Shown here: positions 44,342-53,329 of the stretch, piece by piece
How the letters are laid out: every line of letters begins with the position of its first letter
Numbering within the stretch: position 1 is the stretch's first letter
NCBI GenBank assembly: GCA_036559585.1
Contig: DATBSU010000029.1
Coordinates: 239 to 64,238 of the forward strand
Direction: 5' to 3'
DNA length: 64,000 nt
DNA from: Methyloceanibacter sp.
Lineage (GTDB): Bacteria > Pseudomonadota > Alphaproteobacteria > Rhizobiales > Methyloligellaceae
Position numbers and translations under genes: made by a program
Notes under the pieces: model-generated
Database searches by the model: none
What the model saw: only the letters and a program-made list of their open reading frames with translations
Told to the model about the DNA's origin: nothing

Positions 44342-45847
44342 ATGATCAATCGGCTTATTCTTGCCTTTGTGGCGCTGCTGGCGCTGCCCGGCACATCGAA
44401 CGCTACCGCGGAAGATCGCTTCGCGCTTGTTCTTGGCAATTCAAATTACGAGGGGGTTTCGGCGCTGCCGAATCCCACCAAAGATGCCAAGGCCGTCAAA
44501 GCCATGCTGGAGGAGGCCAATTTCGAGGTTGATGCCGCGCTCGATCTCGGCCAGTCCGACATGCTTGGCGCGGTGCGCGACTTCGCCGGCAAGCTCTCCG
44601 ACAAGGACAAGGATAGCGTGGCGCTGATCTATTTCGCCGGCCACGGCATCCAGATCGACGGCGAGAACTATCTCATCCCAGTCGATGCCAAGATCACACA
44701 AGCCGAAGACGTGCCGCTCGAAGCCGTCCGTCTCGCCGATGTCATGAATCTGATGTCTGCCGTGCCGAGCAAGACAAGGATCGTCATCCTCGATGCTTGC
44801 CGCAACGATCCCTTCAAGGAAATTGCGAAATCGACCGGCCGCGGTCTTGCCATCGTCAATGCACCGGAAGGTTCCATCGTTGCCTATTCGACCTCGCCGG
44901 GCTCGGTCGCCGAAGACGGAACCGGCAACAACAGTCCCTTTACCGCGGCCTTCATCAAGCAGGCCAAAGTGCCGGGCGCTGAGATCGGCACCGTGTTTCA
45001 GAATGTCCGTCTCGCCGTGCACCAATCGACCGAGGGCCGCCAGACCCCGTGGGAGATCACCGCGCTGACCGAACCCTTCGCCTTCTTCCCTGGCGATGGC
45101 GAGATCAAACCACAAGAGCCGGAAAAATCCGAAGCTGAATGGCGCAAAGATCTCAAGTCGCGCTCTGCCGACGAGGCCTATGACATCGTGATCCACGAGG
45201 ACAACGTCATCGTCTATCAGCTGTTCCTCGTGCTGTTCCCCGACGCGCCTCAGATCGGCGGCATCACTATCATCCTCGACCGCCGGCTGGAGATGTTTGC
45301 CTGGTTCGACGCGGTGCGGCTGAACTCGGTGCTGGCTTACGAAGCTTTCCTCGCCCGCTATCCGAATAGCGATCTCGCACCGACCGCAAAGCGGCTGGAG
45401 GAGCGCGCTCGCGAGCTCGCCGACGAAGCCAACAGCTTTCCTGACGCCGTTCGCATCGCCGAGAAGCCCGAGATCAGGACCGTCATCAAGGAAGTTCCGG
45501 TCGAAAAGCTCGTGACCAAGGAAGTGATCAAAGAGGTTCCGGTCGAGGTGATCAAAGAAGTGAAAGTGCCCTTCGAGGTCATCAAGGAAGTCCCGGTCGA
45601 GAAGATCGTCGTCAAGGAAGTCCCGGTGGAGAAGATCGTCACCAAGGAAGTCATCAAAGAGGTGAGAGTCCCTGTCGAGAAGATCGTGGTCAAAGAGGTC
45701 AGGGTCCCGGTCGAGAAGATCGTGATCAAAGAAGTGAAGGTGCCGGTCCGCATTCCCTGCAATTGCGGCGGCGGCGGCGGAGATGGCGGCGGCAGCGGCA
45801 AAGGTGGCAAAGGTGGCAAAGGCCGCGGCCACAACATTCCCCGCTAA
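44342..45847 (+). CDS. Exported caspase-family (peptidase C14) protein with VPV-repeat tail
   Basis: Signal peptide; ALVLGNSNY, LPNP, FAGHG, LDACR, SPFT, QTPW; C-terminal EVPVEKIVVK repeats. Confidence 0.92.
   Translation: MINRLILAFVALLALPGTSNATAEDRFALVLGNSNYEGVSALPNPTKDAKAVKAMLEEANFEVDAALDLGQSDMLGAVRDFAGKLSDKDKDSVALIYFAGHGIQIDGENYLIPVDAKITQAEDVPLEAVRLADVMNLMSAVPSKTRIVILDACRNDPFKEIAKSTGRGLAIVNAPEGSIVAYSTSPGSVAEDGTGNNSPFTAAFIKQAKVPGAEIGTVFQNVRLAVHQSTEGRQTPWEITALTEPFAFFPGDGEIKPQEPEKSEAEWRKDLKSRSADEAYDIVIHEDNVIVYQLFLVLFPDAPQIGGITIILDRRLEMFAWFDAVRLNSVLAYEAFLARYPNSDLAPTAKRLEERARELADEANSFPDAVRIAEKPEIRTVIKEVPVEKLVTKEVIKEVPVEVIKEVKVPFEVIKEVPVEKIVVKEVPVEKIVTKEVIKEVRVPVEKIVVKEVRVPVEKIVIKEVKVPVRIPCNCGGGGGDGGGSGKGGKGGKGRGHNIPR
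45481..45760 (+). repeat. Intragenic low-complexity repeat (KEVPVEKIVV)
   Basis: Recurrent AAGGAAGTcCCGGTCGAGAAGATCGTC units; eight VP[VF] motifs. Confidence 0.9.
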
Positions 45848-45865
45848 GACCTCGCGCTAACGAAG

Positions 45866-45903
45866 AAGCCGGTGTTGGGATAGCCCCGCACCGGCTTTCG
45901 TTT
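45866..45903 (+). terminator. Terminator hairpin after caspase gene
   Basis: AAGCCGGTG...CACCGGCTT followed by TCGTTT. Confidence 0.65.
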
Positions 45904-46017
45904 GCCCGGATGACGAAGGCTGGGTGATGCTCGCTCCTGACGGCAACCGACCCCTGATCCTCAACAAAAGTGGCGGAAGGCAGCCAAAGAGCTGACAACG
46001 GAGCTTGCCCCCGTTGA

Positions 46018-46068
46018 AGCAAGATCCGGAAAACTTGCGGACTTTTCGCGACAACCTCATGCGTCAAA
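46018..46068. repeat. Palindromic intergenic repeat, degenerate copy 3
   Basis: AGCAAGATCCGGAAAACTTGCGGACTTTTCGCGACAACCTCATGCGTC aligns with the 12438 copy. Confidence 0.6.
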
Positions 46069-46143
46069 GACGAACCATGATCGGACACAAATGCGCCACT
46101 TCGTTGCTTAGTTTAGCGTCGAAACGATAGAGGATTTCCGATC

Positions 46144-47025
46144 ATGACACGCAACACGAAAATTGCAGCCCTTGTGCTTCTGGTCGCTGCCGGACTCACG
46201 GGCCTCGTTCTTTTTGCGACAGCGCGCGGACACCATTTCCGCGAGAGATTGGCCTACGCCGCTCATCATATGGCCGGCGATGACAGAGATCACGACCGCA
46301 GGGGTCGCGGTGACCGCGACGGTCGTGGCGACAGAATGAGTGACGGCGGCGTGATGGGTCGTGGTGACCGCATGGGTTGCGGCAACATGATGGCTGGCGG
46401 CAGCATGATGGGCGGCGAGTCTCGGCATGCCATGCGGTACGGACCGTCAGATCACATGGGATCAATGGGCGGCCATGGCATGCATTTGGGGTGCTCGAAA
46501 GGCTCCAACTGGTTGGCTGAGAAGCTGAGCGCGATGGAGACCGAGATCGGCATTCGCGCCAACCAGCTCGATGCCTGGCGTGATTTCACCGATGCGCTGC
46601 AAGCCATGATGAAGCCGGCACTCCCGCCCAAGCCGACCACGCCTGCGGACACCACGCCAACAGAAACCAAGCCTGAAGCCTTCGGCAAAGCGCAGCGTTT
46701 TGCCGACGAGGCGATCGCTCGCGCCAAGACCGCGGAGACTTTGTCTAAGGCGATTGAGACCCTCCGCTCAACATTGACGCCTGAGCAGCTGGCCAAAGTT
46801 CAGAGCATCGAGGAGCAAGTCGGCACGCATCACGGCCGCGGCAAGTTCTTCTCCAAGCGGTTTGGTGGCGGCATGATGGGCGGCGGCGGCATGCGCCACC
46901 ATCAAGGTCCTTCGGGTGCCGACGACGATGATGATGATAACGGCAATTCCGGCGATCAATCGGACGACAAGTCCGAGAAGGCGGCGCCCAGCACGCCGAG
47001 CACAGATCAACCCGCTCCTCAATAA
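46144..47025 (+). CDS. Spy/CpxP-like (LTXXQ motif) periplasmic protein
   Basis: N-terminal TM/signal; G/M/H-rich linker; [14 protein letters not shown] and LTPEQ motifs. Confidence 0.8.
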   Translation: MTRNTKIAALVLLVAAGLTGLVLFATARGHHFRERLAYAAHHMAGDDRDHDRRGRGDRDGRGDRMSDGGVMGRGDRMGCGNMMAGGSMMGGESRHAMRYGPSDHMGSMGGHGMHLGCSKGSNWLAEKLSAMETEIGIRANQLDAWRDFTDALQAMMKPALPPKPTTPADTTPTETKPEAFGKAQRFADEAIARAKTAETLSKAIETLRSTLTPEQLAKVQSIEEQVGTHHGRGKFFSKRFGGGMMGGGGMRHHQGPSGADDDDDDNGNSGDQSDDKSEKAAPSTPSTDQPAPQ

Positions 47026-47048
47026 ATTTGAGCGGCAACGCTGAATTG

Positions 47049-47079
47049 AACGGCCCGCCCCGAGATGGAGCGGGCCGTT
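47049..47079. terminator. Hairpin between convergent genes
   Basis: AACGGCCCGC...GCGGGCCGTT perfect 10-bp stem. Confidence 0.7.
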
Positions 47080-47107
47080 GCTTTATCAGCGAATGAAGTC
47101 GGCAAGG

Positions 47108-47935
47108 TCAGATATTGACCGCATTGCCGAACAGCTCATCGCCCCATGGATAGAGCGGACGATTGAAGTCCGACTCGGTGTGGATGGCGCGGCCTTTGCG
47201 CTCGGTCCATTTCTTCCCATAAGTCTCGAAGGGAAAATGCCGGATGTAATAGTCGCACGTCTCTTCCCAATGCTCGACCGACAGCGATTTGCCGTAATGC
47301 TGGCAATAGAGATCGGTCTTGACCTGGCTCATGCCGCCCGGCGTGCGGCCATGGCCTTCGGCGAAGCCGATCTCCGGCCGGTTGCGCCACAGCATCAGAA
47401 TGTCACGCTGCTCCGGCCCGTAGAAGCGGCGGAAGTGGAGCAGCTCCAGTTCTGACCGATAAGGCGCGTGATCCTCCGGCGTCAGATACGCATCGAACAG
47501 ACGCACGCGCACCGCATCGCAAGTCCCGGCGTTCGTGACGAAGTCGCGCAAATTTTCGGTAACGCGCTCGTCGGGATCGAAACAGAGCATCCAGTCATGC
47601 GGCAGCTGCGCTCGCGCCATGTCGAGCAGCAATCCCCGGTGGCGTCCTTCCGCCTGTTTCCGCGCGGCCACGTCTTGCTCCCAGGATTGATTGGCGACGA
47701 TGAGCGCGACCTTGGGATGCTTGCGCAAGATTTCCACCGTATCGTCGGTGCTCGCATCGTCATAAGCGATGATCGCATCCACTTGGCGGGCGAGATAATC
47801 GAGCGTGTCGGGCAGGATCAGCGCCTCGTTGCGCACCCGCGTCATGGCGACAAGGAGATGTTTTCGTCCAAGCAACGCATCGTTGCCTTGGATGATCTGC
47901 TCGCTGTCGCGAACTTGCCAATTGCCTTGTGTCAT
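47108..47935 (-). CDS. Glycosyltransferase family 2
   Basis: VRNEA, YDDASTDDT, FDPDE. Confidence 0.88.
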   Translation of the reverse strand: MTQGNWQVRDSEQIIQGNDALLGRKHLLVAMTRVRNEALILPDTLDYLARQVDAIIAYDDASTDDTVEILRKHPKVALIVANQSWEQDVAARKQAEGRHRGLLLDMARAQLPHDWMLCFDPDERVTENLRDFVTNAGTCDAVRVRLFDAYLTPEDHAPYRSELELLHFRRFYGPEQRDILMLWRNRPEIGFAEGHGRTPGGMSQVKTDLYCQHYGKSLSVEHWEETCDYYIRHFPFETYGKKWTERKGRAIHTESDFNRPLYPWGDELFGNAVNI

Positions 47936-47971
47936 TGAAAAGGACGCGATGAGCTCATAGGACCAAATCTA

Positions 47972-48718
47972 TCACGCGCTCAGGCGCTCCAACACGTCGT
48001 CGGCGATTTCGAAATTGGCATAGACGTTCTGCACATCATCGGAGTCTTCGAGCGTCTCGATCATGCGGAGCAGCTTCTGCGCGCCCTCTTCCTCGACGGG
48101 CACGCCGCTCTTCGCTCGCCACAGAATGCGCGCCCCGCGTGGCTCGCCAAACTTGGCTTCGAGGACCTTGCCAACCTGATGCAACTGGTCGGGATCGCAA
48201 TAGACGTAGTGCCCGTCCCCATCCGACTCCACATCCTCCGCTCCCGCCTCGATCGCGGCTTCGAGCATGGTGTCGGCGGTGGCCTTGTCGGCATCGAACT
48301 CGATGGCGCCGAGCTTGTCGAAATTGAACGAGACCGCGCCGGTCTCGCCAAGATTGCCGCCGAACTTGCTGAAGATCGAGCGCACCTCGCTCGCGGTTCG
48401 GTTCCGGTTATCGGTCAAGGTCTCGACGATCACGCCCACCCCGCCCGCGCCGAAGCCTTCGTAGCGGACCTCCTCGTAGTTTGCCCCACCGGCTTCCCCG
48501 CTCTTCTTGATGGCCCGCTCAATATTGTCCCTCGGCATGTTCTGGGCACGCGCGGTCTGGACCGCGCCCCTGAGGCGCGCGTTCATGGCGGGGTCCGGCA
48601 GGCCCATCTTGGCCGCCGCAGTGATTTCGCGGGCGAGCTTGGAGAAAAGCTTGGAGCGCTTTTTGTCCTGCGCCCCTTTGCGGAACTGAATATTCTTGAA
48701 CTTCGAATGCCCTGCCAT
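47972..48718 (-). CDS. yebC: YebC/PmpR family protein
   Basis: [36 protein letters not shown]. Confidence 0.97.
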   Translation of the reverse strand: MAGHSKFKNIQFRKGAQDKKRSKLFSKLAREITAAAKMGLPDPAMNARLRGAVQTARAQNMPRDNIERAIKKSGEAGGANYEEVRYEGFGAGGVGVIVETLTDNRNRTASEVRSIFSKFGGNLGETGAVSFNFDKLGAIEFDADKATADTMLEAAIEAGAEDVESDGDGHYVYCDPDQLHQVGKVLEAKFGEPRGARILWRAKSGVPVEEEGAQKLLRMIETLEDSDDVQNVYANFEIADDVLERLSA

Positions 48719-48926
48719 GTCCCTGCCCGTCGATACCCTCTTTTCGCAAGTCCGGACTTATAGAAGCGGGGCGGCCCAAAATCCATGGCAATACGGCGCG
48801 TTTGCAGGCCATGTGCGTCGGCCGGCCAGAGCCACCGCTACAATATCATTAGCGTGTCCTTAACCCTGTCGGACCACAACATTCACATCGCGTACCGTGT
48901 CGTCAGTCGGAGGGGGGGGAAAATCC

Positions 48927-49178
48927 ATGCTGCGCAAGGCGAGTATGACTGCCGCTATTAGCAAATCTGAACCCGAACGCCTGACCAGACTCTCGGACCT
49001 CTGCAGCGAGGCTGCCGGGCACGTGGCCAGGGCCCGTATGGCCCTTAATGTCGAGACCTTCGACACCGATCAGGCGCTGGCCCATCTCGACGATGCCATC
49101 GGTTGTCTTCGGCGGCTTCTGGCGCACAGCAAGACCGGGCGACAGGCTGCCACGGTGCACACACTCCGCAGCGCCTGA
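48927..49178 (+). CDS. Small helical hypothetical protein
   Basis: GGAG-G8 RBS-like run upstream; 83-aa ORF filling the intergenic gap. Confidence 0.55.
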   Translation: MLRKASMTAAISKSEPERLTRLSDLCSEAAGHVARARMALNVETFDTDQALAHLDDAIGCLRRLLAHSKTGRQAATVHTLRSA

Positions 49179-49198
49179 CCAAGCGGCCTCACGCAACG

Positions 49199-50110
49199 TC
49201 AACGTCTGAAAAACGCTCGGCAGCGTCGGAATAATCGTTTCCAGACGCTCCTCGGGTGCCGACGCGCCTGCAACGCCTTGCTCTTGGCAGGGCGCCAGTT
49301 TGGGCTTGCGCTGACATCATTCTCGCCAAAAATCGTCGCGTAGAACGCGGGCAGCTCACCGCGACGGTCTAAATGATGAATGACGTTGTGCCTATCGCTG
49401 TTGATTTTGAGCTCGATGCAATCTGGGAGCACAGCCCTCAGCGCCGCATGCCGCTCGACGTCTAGTGAATGTCCGGTGGAAAACGCGGTCACTAAAGGCA
49501 CGTATCCACTCGGGCGGCAATGGCAGAGAAGATCAAACGCACGGACCTCGTCTGAGCCTCGCAGAAGTCGCGGCGGATGCGAGCAGAACGCGCCCCCAAT
49601 ACTGACGGCACGGTCTGCTCCGAGCCACAGTCCAGCCCTCAACGCGGGGAAACCTCCCATGCTCGTGCCGTAAGTGATGAGCCTGCGATAGCTCCTGGTG
49701 TCACTCAAGGCTTTGATGCGGATGAGGGTCTCAAGCAGAGAATTTGAATAACCCTGAATGCCCGCGTCGTGATGCCGTCGCTGCGCATCCGTGATCACCA
49801 GCACGTCGTAGAAATCATCCGGCATCATCTGCAGAAAATGAGAAATCGGCTTCATCAGGCGATGACTGGCGCCGCCGAACCCAACGATCAGCGTGCGAGC
49901 ACCGCGATGAGCCGAATAAAGCCGAACGTCTTGGTTCAGTTCCTCTCGGAGGTAGCGGGTGGGCGGCGACACCCGAAGCAAAGGCGCGATAGCAAAAGGC
50001 AGATGTTGGTGCGTTGGATTTCGCAACAACTCCGCGATTTCAAGCGGCGTCCGTGAATTGTCTAACGGCGCTGTCTGCGCCGCTAGGCGGCTGAAGACGG
50101 GCGCGCTCAT
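49199..50110 (-). CDS. Alpha/beta-hydrolase-fold protein
   Basis: GxSxG nucleophile elbow YGTSMGG, candidate Asp and late His (DRHN); ATGA-coupled to ACP. Confidence 0.72.
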   Translation of the reverse strand: MSAPVFSRLAAQTAPLDNSRTPLEIAELLRNPTHQHLPFAIAPLLRVSPPTRYLREELNQDVRLYSAHRGARTLIVGFGGASHRLMKPISHFLQMMPDDFYDVLVITDAQRRHHDAGIQGYSNSLLETLIRIKALSDTRSYRRLITYGTSMGGFPALRAGLWLGADRAVSIGGAFCSHPPRLLRGSDEVRAFDLLCHCRPSGYVPLVTAFSTGHSLDVERHAALRAVLPDCIELKINSDRHNVIHHLDRRGELPAFYATIFGENDVSASPNWRPAKSKALQARRHPRSVWKRLFRRCRAFFRR

Positions 50111-50367
50111 TTCTTGGCAGAAATGATCAGCGCTGCAAGCTCTCCGAGAGTCCGGCACGAATTCACTTCGGCCTCGTCGAGCTCGACTTCATAGGCGCTC
50201 TCGACCCGCATGACAAAATCGAGAAGCATGAGACTATCCACGTCGAACGACTCCATTGGCTCGGCCAAGAGTCTTGCGTCATCCCATGACGTCACAGGCA
50301 CAGTATGAGCATTGCCGACCGCCTCGCGGAAGAGATTTGCGCAGTGCTGTTCGATCGAGTCAGGCAT
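50107..50367 (-). CDS. Acyl carrier protein
   Basis: 86 aa, acidic; DSL phosphopantetheine site (VDSLMLLDFVMRVESAYEVEL) and TLGEL. Confidence 0.85.
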   Translation of the reverse strand: MPDSIEQHCANLFREAVGNAHTVPVTSWDDARLLAEPMESFDVDSLMLLDFVMRVESAYEVELDEAEVNSCRTLGELAALIISAKK

Positions 50368-51394
50368 CCAGGCGGGCCACGATACTGGAATAATAGGTGA
50401 AGACCCAGTCAGGCTTCCGCCGCGTCGCGCTCTCGATGACGCAAACGAGCGGAATGCGCGAGAGTTCTGCGGCAACCGTCCGCCACAGCCAGGTCGACAG
50501 CTCCTCACCGATGCAGGAATGGCGTCCTTTGCCGAAATACGGGCGCTCTTCGCCGTCGTCTGGACCGCCTGCATCGAGATAGAGCCGCACTCGATCCCCT
50601 GTTTTGATCGTCGCGCCGTCGACCGAGCAGTCCCTGACTGCGAACCGCTCGACATAGGGCACGCCCGTCACTGGCAGTTCGCCCGGAAACGCGAGATCGC
50701 AAAGCCTCTCGCCTTCGCTTTGTTGCAACACATGCAGGAGAGAGCAGCCGAGCGATCCCACAATTGAGTCATAACCAACCATGCTTAGTGCCACGGCATA
50801 GTCCGGAGACGTCTTAAGGGTTTCGCTCGCGGCGTAGGCCTCCAGCATGGCTTCCGCCTTCTCGTTGATCTTCCGCCGCCGATTCAGCCCGAGATAGAGA
50901 TCGAAAATCTGCGAGGCCGACACATCATTTGACGAATTTGCTGGGCGTGCCGCACCAAGGATCCCGACAAAAACCGCATCGCAAACCGGAATGATGAGAT
51001 CTTGCACCAGATCAACCCGCACCGCGGGGTGGCAGATTGCGGCTACCAGGTCTCGCACAACCACCGCGGTGCGTTGCTTCGTTGCATCCATGTTCGCAAA
51101 TAACACCCTCGCCAAAGCGGCCCGGCACTTGGCATGGTGCGGCCCCTCGTTCGCGGTGGGGGAATGCTCGAAAATGTGGATGAGTGTGGAGCAATCAATG
51201 CCCACTCTCTGCTCCAGGAGCCGGTGAATCTCGGCGAAATCGGCGGCCGCAAAGTCGTTCGACTTCAGGATCGCGGAAATTGTGTTCGCGCCGAACACAC
51301 ACCAGCAACCTAGTGCAGGAACCCAGTCGATCGTCGGACAGCGGGGCCGATCGGGCTGTTCGCGAGGATCGTGTCCCAGAAGAGGCAATGACAT
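50360..51394 (-). CDS. Atypical short cytochrome P450
   Basis: Heme motif FGKGRHSCIG; EGPHHAKCR (C-helix HxxxR); I-helix VGYDS; R.AVRD..VDG.TIKTGD.V beta region; no ExxR. Confidence 0.85.
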   Translation of the reverse strand: MSLPLLGHDPREQPDRPRCPTIDWVPALGCWCVFGANTISAILKSNDFAAADFAEIHRLLEQRVGIDCSTLIHIFEHSPTANEGPHHAKCRAALARVLFANMDATKQRTAVVVRDLVAAICHPAVRVDLVQDLIIPVCDAVFVGILGAARPANSSNDVSASQIFDLYLGLNRRRKINEKAEAMLEAYAASETLKTSPDYAVALSMVGYDSIVGSLGCSLLHVLQQSEGERLCDLAFPGELPVTGVPYVERFAVRDCSVDGATIKTGDRVRLYLDAGGPDDGEERPYFGKGRHSCIGEELSTWLWRTVAAELSRIPLVCVIESATRRKPDWVFTYYSSIVARLDA

Positions 51395-51533
51395 GGCGCT
51401 ACTCGCTGCAAACGAACATCGAGGTAAAGGCAGCTATTAACGCGTGCCAACCCGATTGAATGGGGCCATGGCCCCGGCAAGCTTGTCAACTGGCTGCTGA
51501 CCGAGCTTATTTCTCAGTGGTTAGAGCTGGTTC

Positions 51534-52364
51534 CTAGGACGCTGGCCGCCAGAAACTCGGCTCCGCATGGGTGAGCTTGCCGCCGATCCGCAACGGCGCG
51601 ATGGCGCGCGCCAATCCTGTCGCATCGTCGGTCTCGATCGCGAACCCGCAGATAGTTGCTTCGCCGGAAGCCGGCTGAAACCGCTCGTTCGGAATTTTGC
51701 TCAAGAAGCGCTGCAACGGTTCGGCCTTGTCCATGCCGAGCACCGAATCGTAATCGCCGCACATTCCCGCATCGCTGATATAGGCGGTGCCTAGCGGCAG
51801 GATCTGCTCGTCCGCGGTCGGCACATGCGTGTGCGTTCCGATGACCGCGCTCACCCGGCCGTCCGCAAAATGACCCATCGCCTGCTTCTCGCTGGTGGCC
51901 TCGGCATGAAAGTCGATGAGGATGGCATCGGCGCCCCTTCCCAGTGGACAGGCTTCGACCTCTCTTGCGACAGCGCGGAACGGACAATCGATATCCGCCA
52001 TGAACACGCGGCCCATGGCATTCATGACCAGGACCTCACCGCCATTCGCCGCCTTGAATAGGCCCACGCCCCTGCCCGGCGCGCCGCTCGGAAAATTGAG
52101 CGGCCGCAGCAGACGGTCATGGCGCTCGATGAACACCAGCGTCTCGCGCTGATCCCAGACGTGATTGCCGGTCGTCACCACATCGGCGCCGGCATCGAGC
52201 AGCTCGGTCAAGATCTGTTCGGAAATGCCGAAACCCCCGGCGGCGTTCTCACCATTGACGACGACGAAGTCGAGGGAATAGCGATCGCGCAATCCGGGGA
52301 GCGCGGCGATCACCGCATTCCGGCCCGACCGCCCCACCAAATCACCGAGAAACAGGATACGCAT
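51534..52364 (-). CDS. ymdB: YmdB/TIGR00282-family metallophosphoesterase
   Basis: FLGDLVG, NGENAAGG, TGNH, DFHAEATSEK, GTHTHV. Confidence 0.95.
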   Translation of the reverse strand: MRILFLGDLVGRSGRNAVIAALPGLRDRYSLDFVVVNGENAAGGFGISEQILTELLDAGADVVTTGNHVWDQRETLVFIERHDRLLRPLNFPSGAPGRGVGLFKAANGGEVLVMNAMGRVFMADIDCPFRAVAREVEACPLGRGADAILIDFHAEATSEKQAMGHFADGRVSAVIGTHTHVPTADEQILPLGTAYISDAGMCGDYDSVLGMDKAEPLQRFLSKIPNERFQPASGEATICGFAIETDDATGLARAIAPLRIGGKLTHAEPSFWRPAS

Positions 52365-52407
52365 GCCGCACGTCTTATCCGGAAATTCTTTATGAGACCC
52401 ACACAAC

Positions 52408-52435
52408 AAAAGGGCCGGCTTGGAAACCGGCCCTT
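52408..52435 (-). terminator. Terminator downstream of 6S RNA
   Basis: Minus strand AAGGGCCGG-tttccaag-CCGGCCCTTTT. Confidence 0.7.
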
Positions 52436-52443
52436 GATGCAAG

Positions 52444-52601
52444 AGGCGAGGCCACGATGGCCGTCGGAGCGTGGATCCCTGGTTTACCCTACTATAGTAG
52501 GTGGGCACCGAGTGGCGGGGACCAAGGTCCCCGTCAGTGTCAGCTCCCTTAGGATCTTATAGGGCCCGGGGAAATTGCCCCTAACGCACCTCGCAGCCCG
52601 C
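52444..52601 (-). ncRNA. ssrS: 6S RNA
   Basis: Downstream of zapA; GCGAGG..CCTCGC closing stem; TTCCCCGGG..ATCCTAAGGGAGCTG..GGTGCCCACCTAC..CCAGGGATC; GCTATAGT -10 upstream. Ends approximate. Confidence 0.92.
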
Positions 52602-52649
52602 CGAATGTCACTATAGCGATGCCAAGGCGGCGGGACTAAGTAATTCGCG

Positions 52650-53021
52650 TCAGCCGCGCGCGGGCGACGCCCCCCGATGCTTTACCCCGCCAGCCAGCCG
52701 TTCATTCAAAGCTTCCAAACGGTCCGAGGCGGTGCCGATCGCGGTCGCGGCCATGTCCTCCGCAACAGTTCTGTCGCGGCGAAGTTCTACAGTCGTGGTC
52801 TTGAGCTCTTGGACTTGCCGCTTCAGCTCTGAAAGCTCGTCTGTGACCATCAGCGCCGCCATCAATATGAGGCGGTCATCGCCGACTTGGCCGAACTTCT
52901 TTTTCATCGTCTCGACATGACCGCTGAAATATTCCGCCAGTGCGATCAGATGAGCCTCTTCTCCCTCGCCGCATTCGAGCCGATAGGTGCGCCCGTTGAG
53001 CGTGATGGTGACGTCACCCAT
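52650..53021 (-). CDS. zapA: Cell division protein ZapA
   Basis: V.ITLNGRTY.LEC.EGEE.HL, GDDRLILMAAL. Confidence 0.93.
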   Translation of the reverse strand: MGDVTITLNGRTYRLECGEGEEAHLIALAEYFSGHVETMKKKFGQVGDDRLILMAALMVTDELSELKRQVQELKTTTVELRRDRTVAEDMAATAIGTASDRLEALNERLAGGVKHRGASPARG

Positions 53022-53032
53022 GGCGCCCTCCT

Positions 53033-53329
53033 TTAGAATTCGAGCCCTGCCGACCCGCGGGCCGGCGAAATCGTTTTCAATGTCCCAGTCAGCGCCTCGA
53101 GCCTATCGGAAACTTCGTCATTCGCCGCTTCGAGGCGCCGCGCGCGGCCGCGCTCGTCTTCGAGCTCTTGCGCCAGGCGATCGCGCTCGGTTGTCAGTGT
53201 CCGAACCTGCTCTCGCAAGGTGGCTACCGATTGAATGTCTTCGAGAAATTCGTTGAGGGATTTGCTGAGCGAATCGACAGCCGCGTCTAGTCGCGTCGCT
53301 GCCTGGTGAACAGCATCGGACTGGCCCAT
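53033..53329 (-). CDS. DUF4164-like coiled-coil protein
   Basis: RDRLAQELE...LEAANDEVSDRL; canonical position upstream of zapA. Confidence 0.8.
   Translation of the reverse strand: MGQSDAVHQAATRLDAAVDSLSKSLNEFLEDIQSVATLREQVRTLTTERDRLAQELEDERGRARRLEAANDEVSDRLEALTGTLKTISPARGSAGLEF

Noticed and set aside
44441-45832. 463-aa antisense ORF with D/L/F/H repeats
   Set aside because: Shadow of the caspase gene caused by codon bias and its repeat.
42830-45847. CBASS/Pycsar/type III CRISPR-like defence operon
   Set aside because: No cyclase, genes are not co-oriented, and the caspase has a signal peptide. Kept only as a weaker signalling hypothesis.
48909-48919. G8 tract as a phase-variation switch
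   Set aside because: Short, merges with the RBS, and unremarkable in GC-rich DNA.
51513-51527. CTCAGTGGTTAGAGC resembles a tRNA D-arm at the edge of the P450 cassette
   Set aside because: No acceptor stem or T-arm (GTTCRA) follows, and no matching att repeat was seen at the other end.
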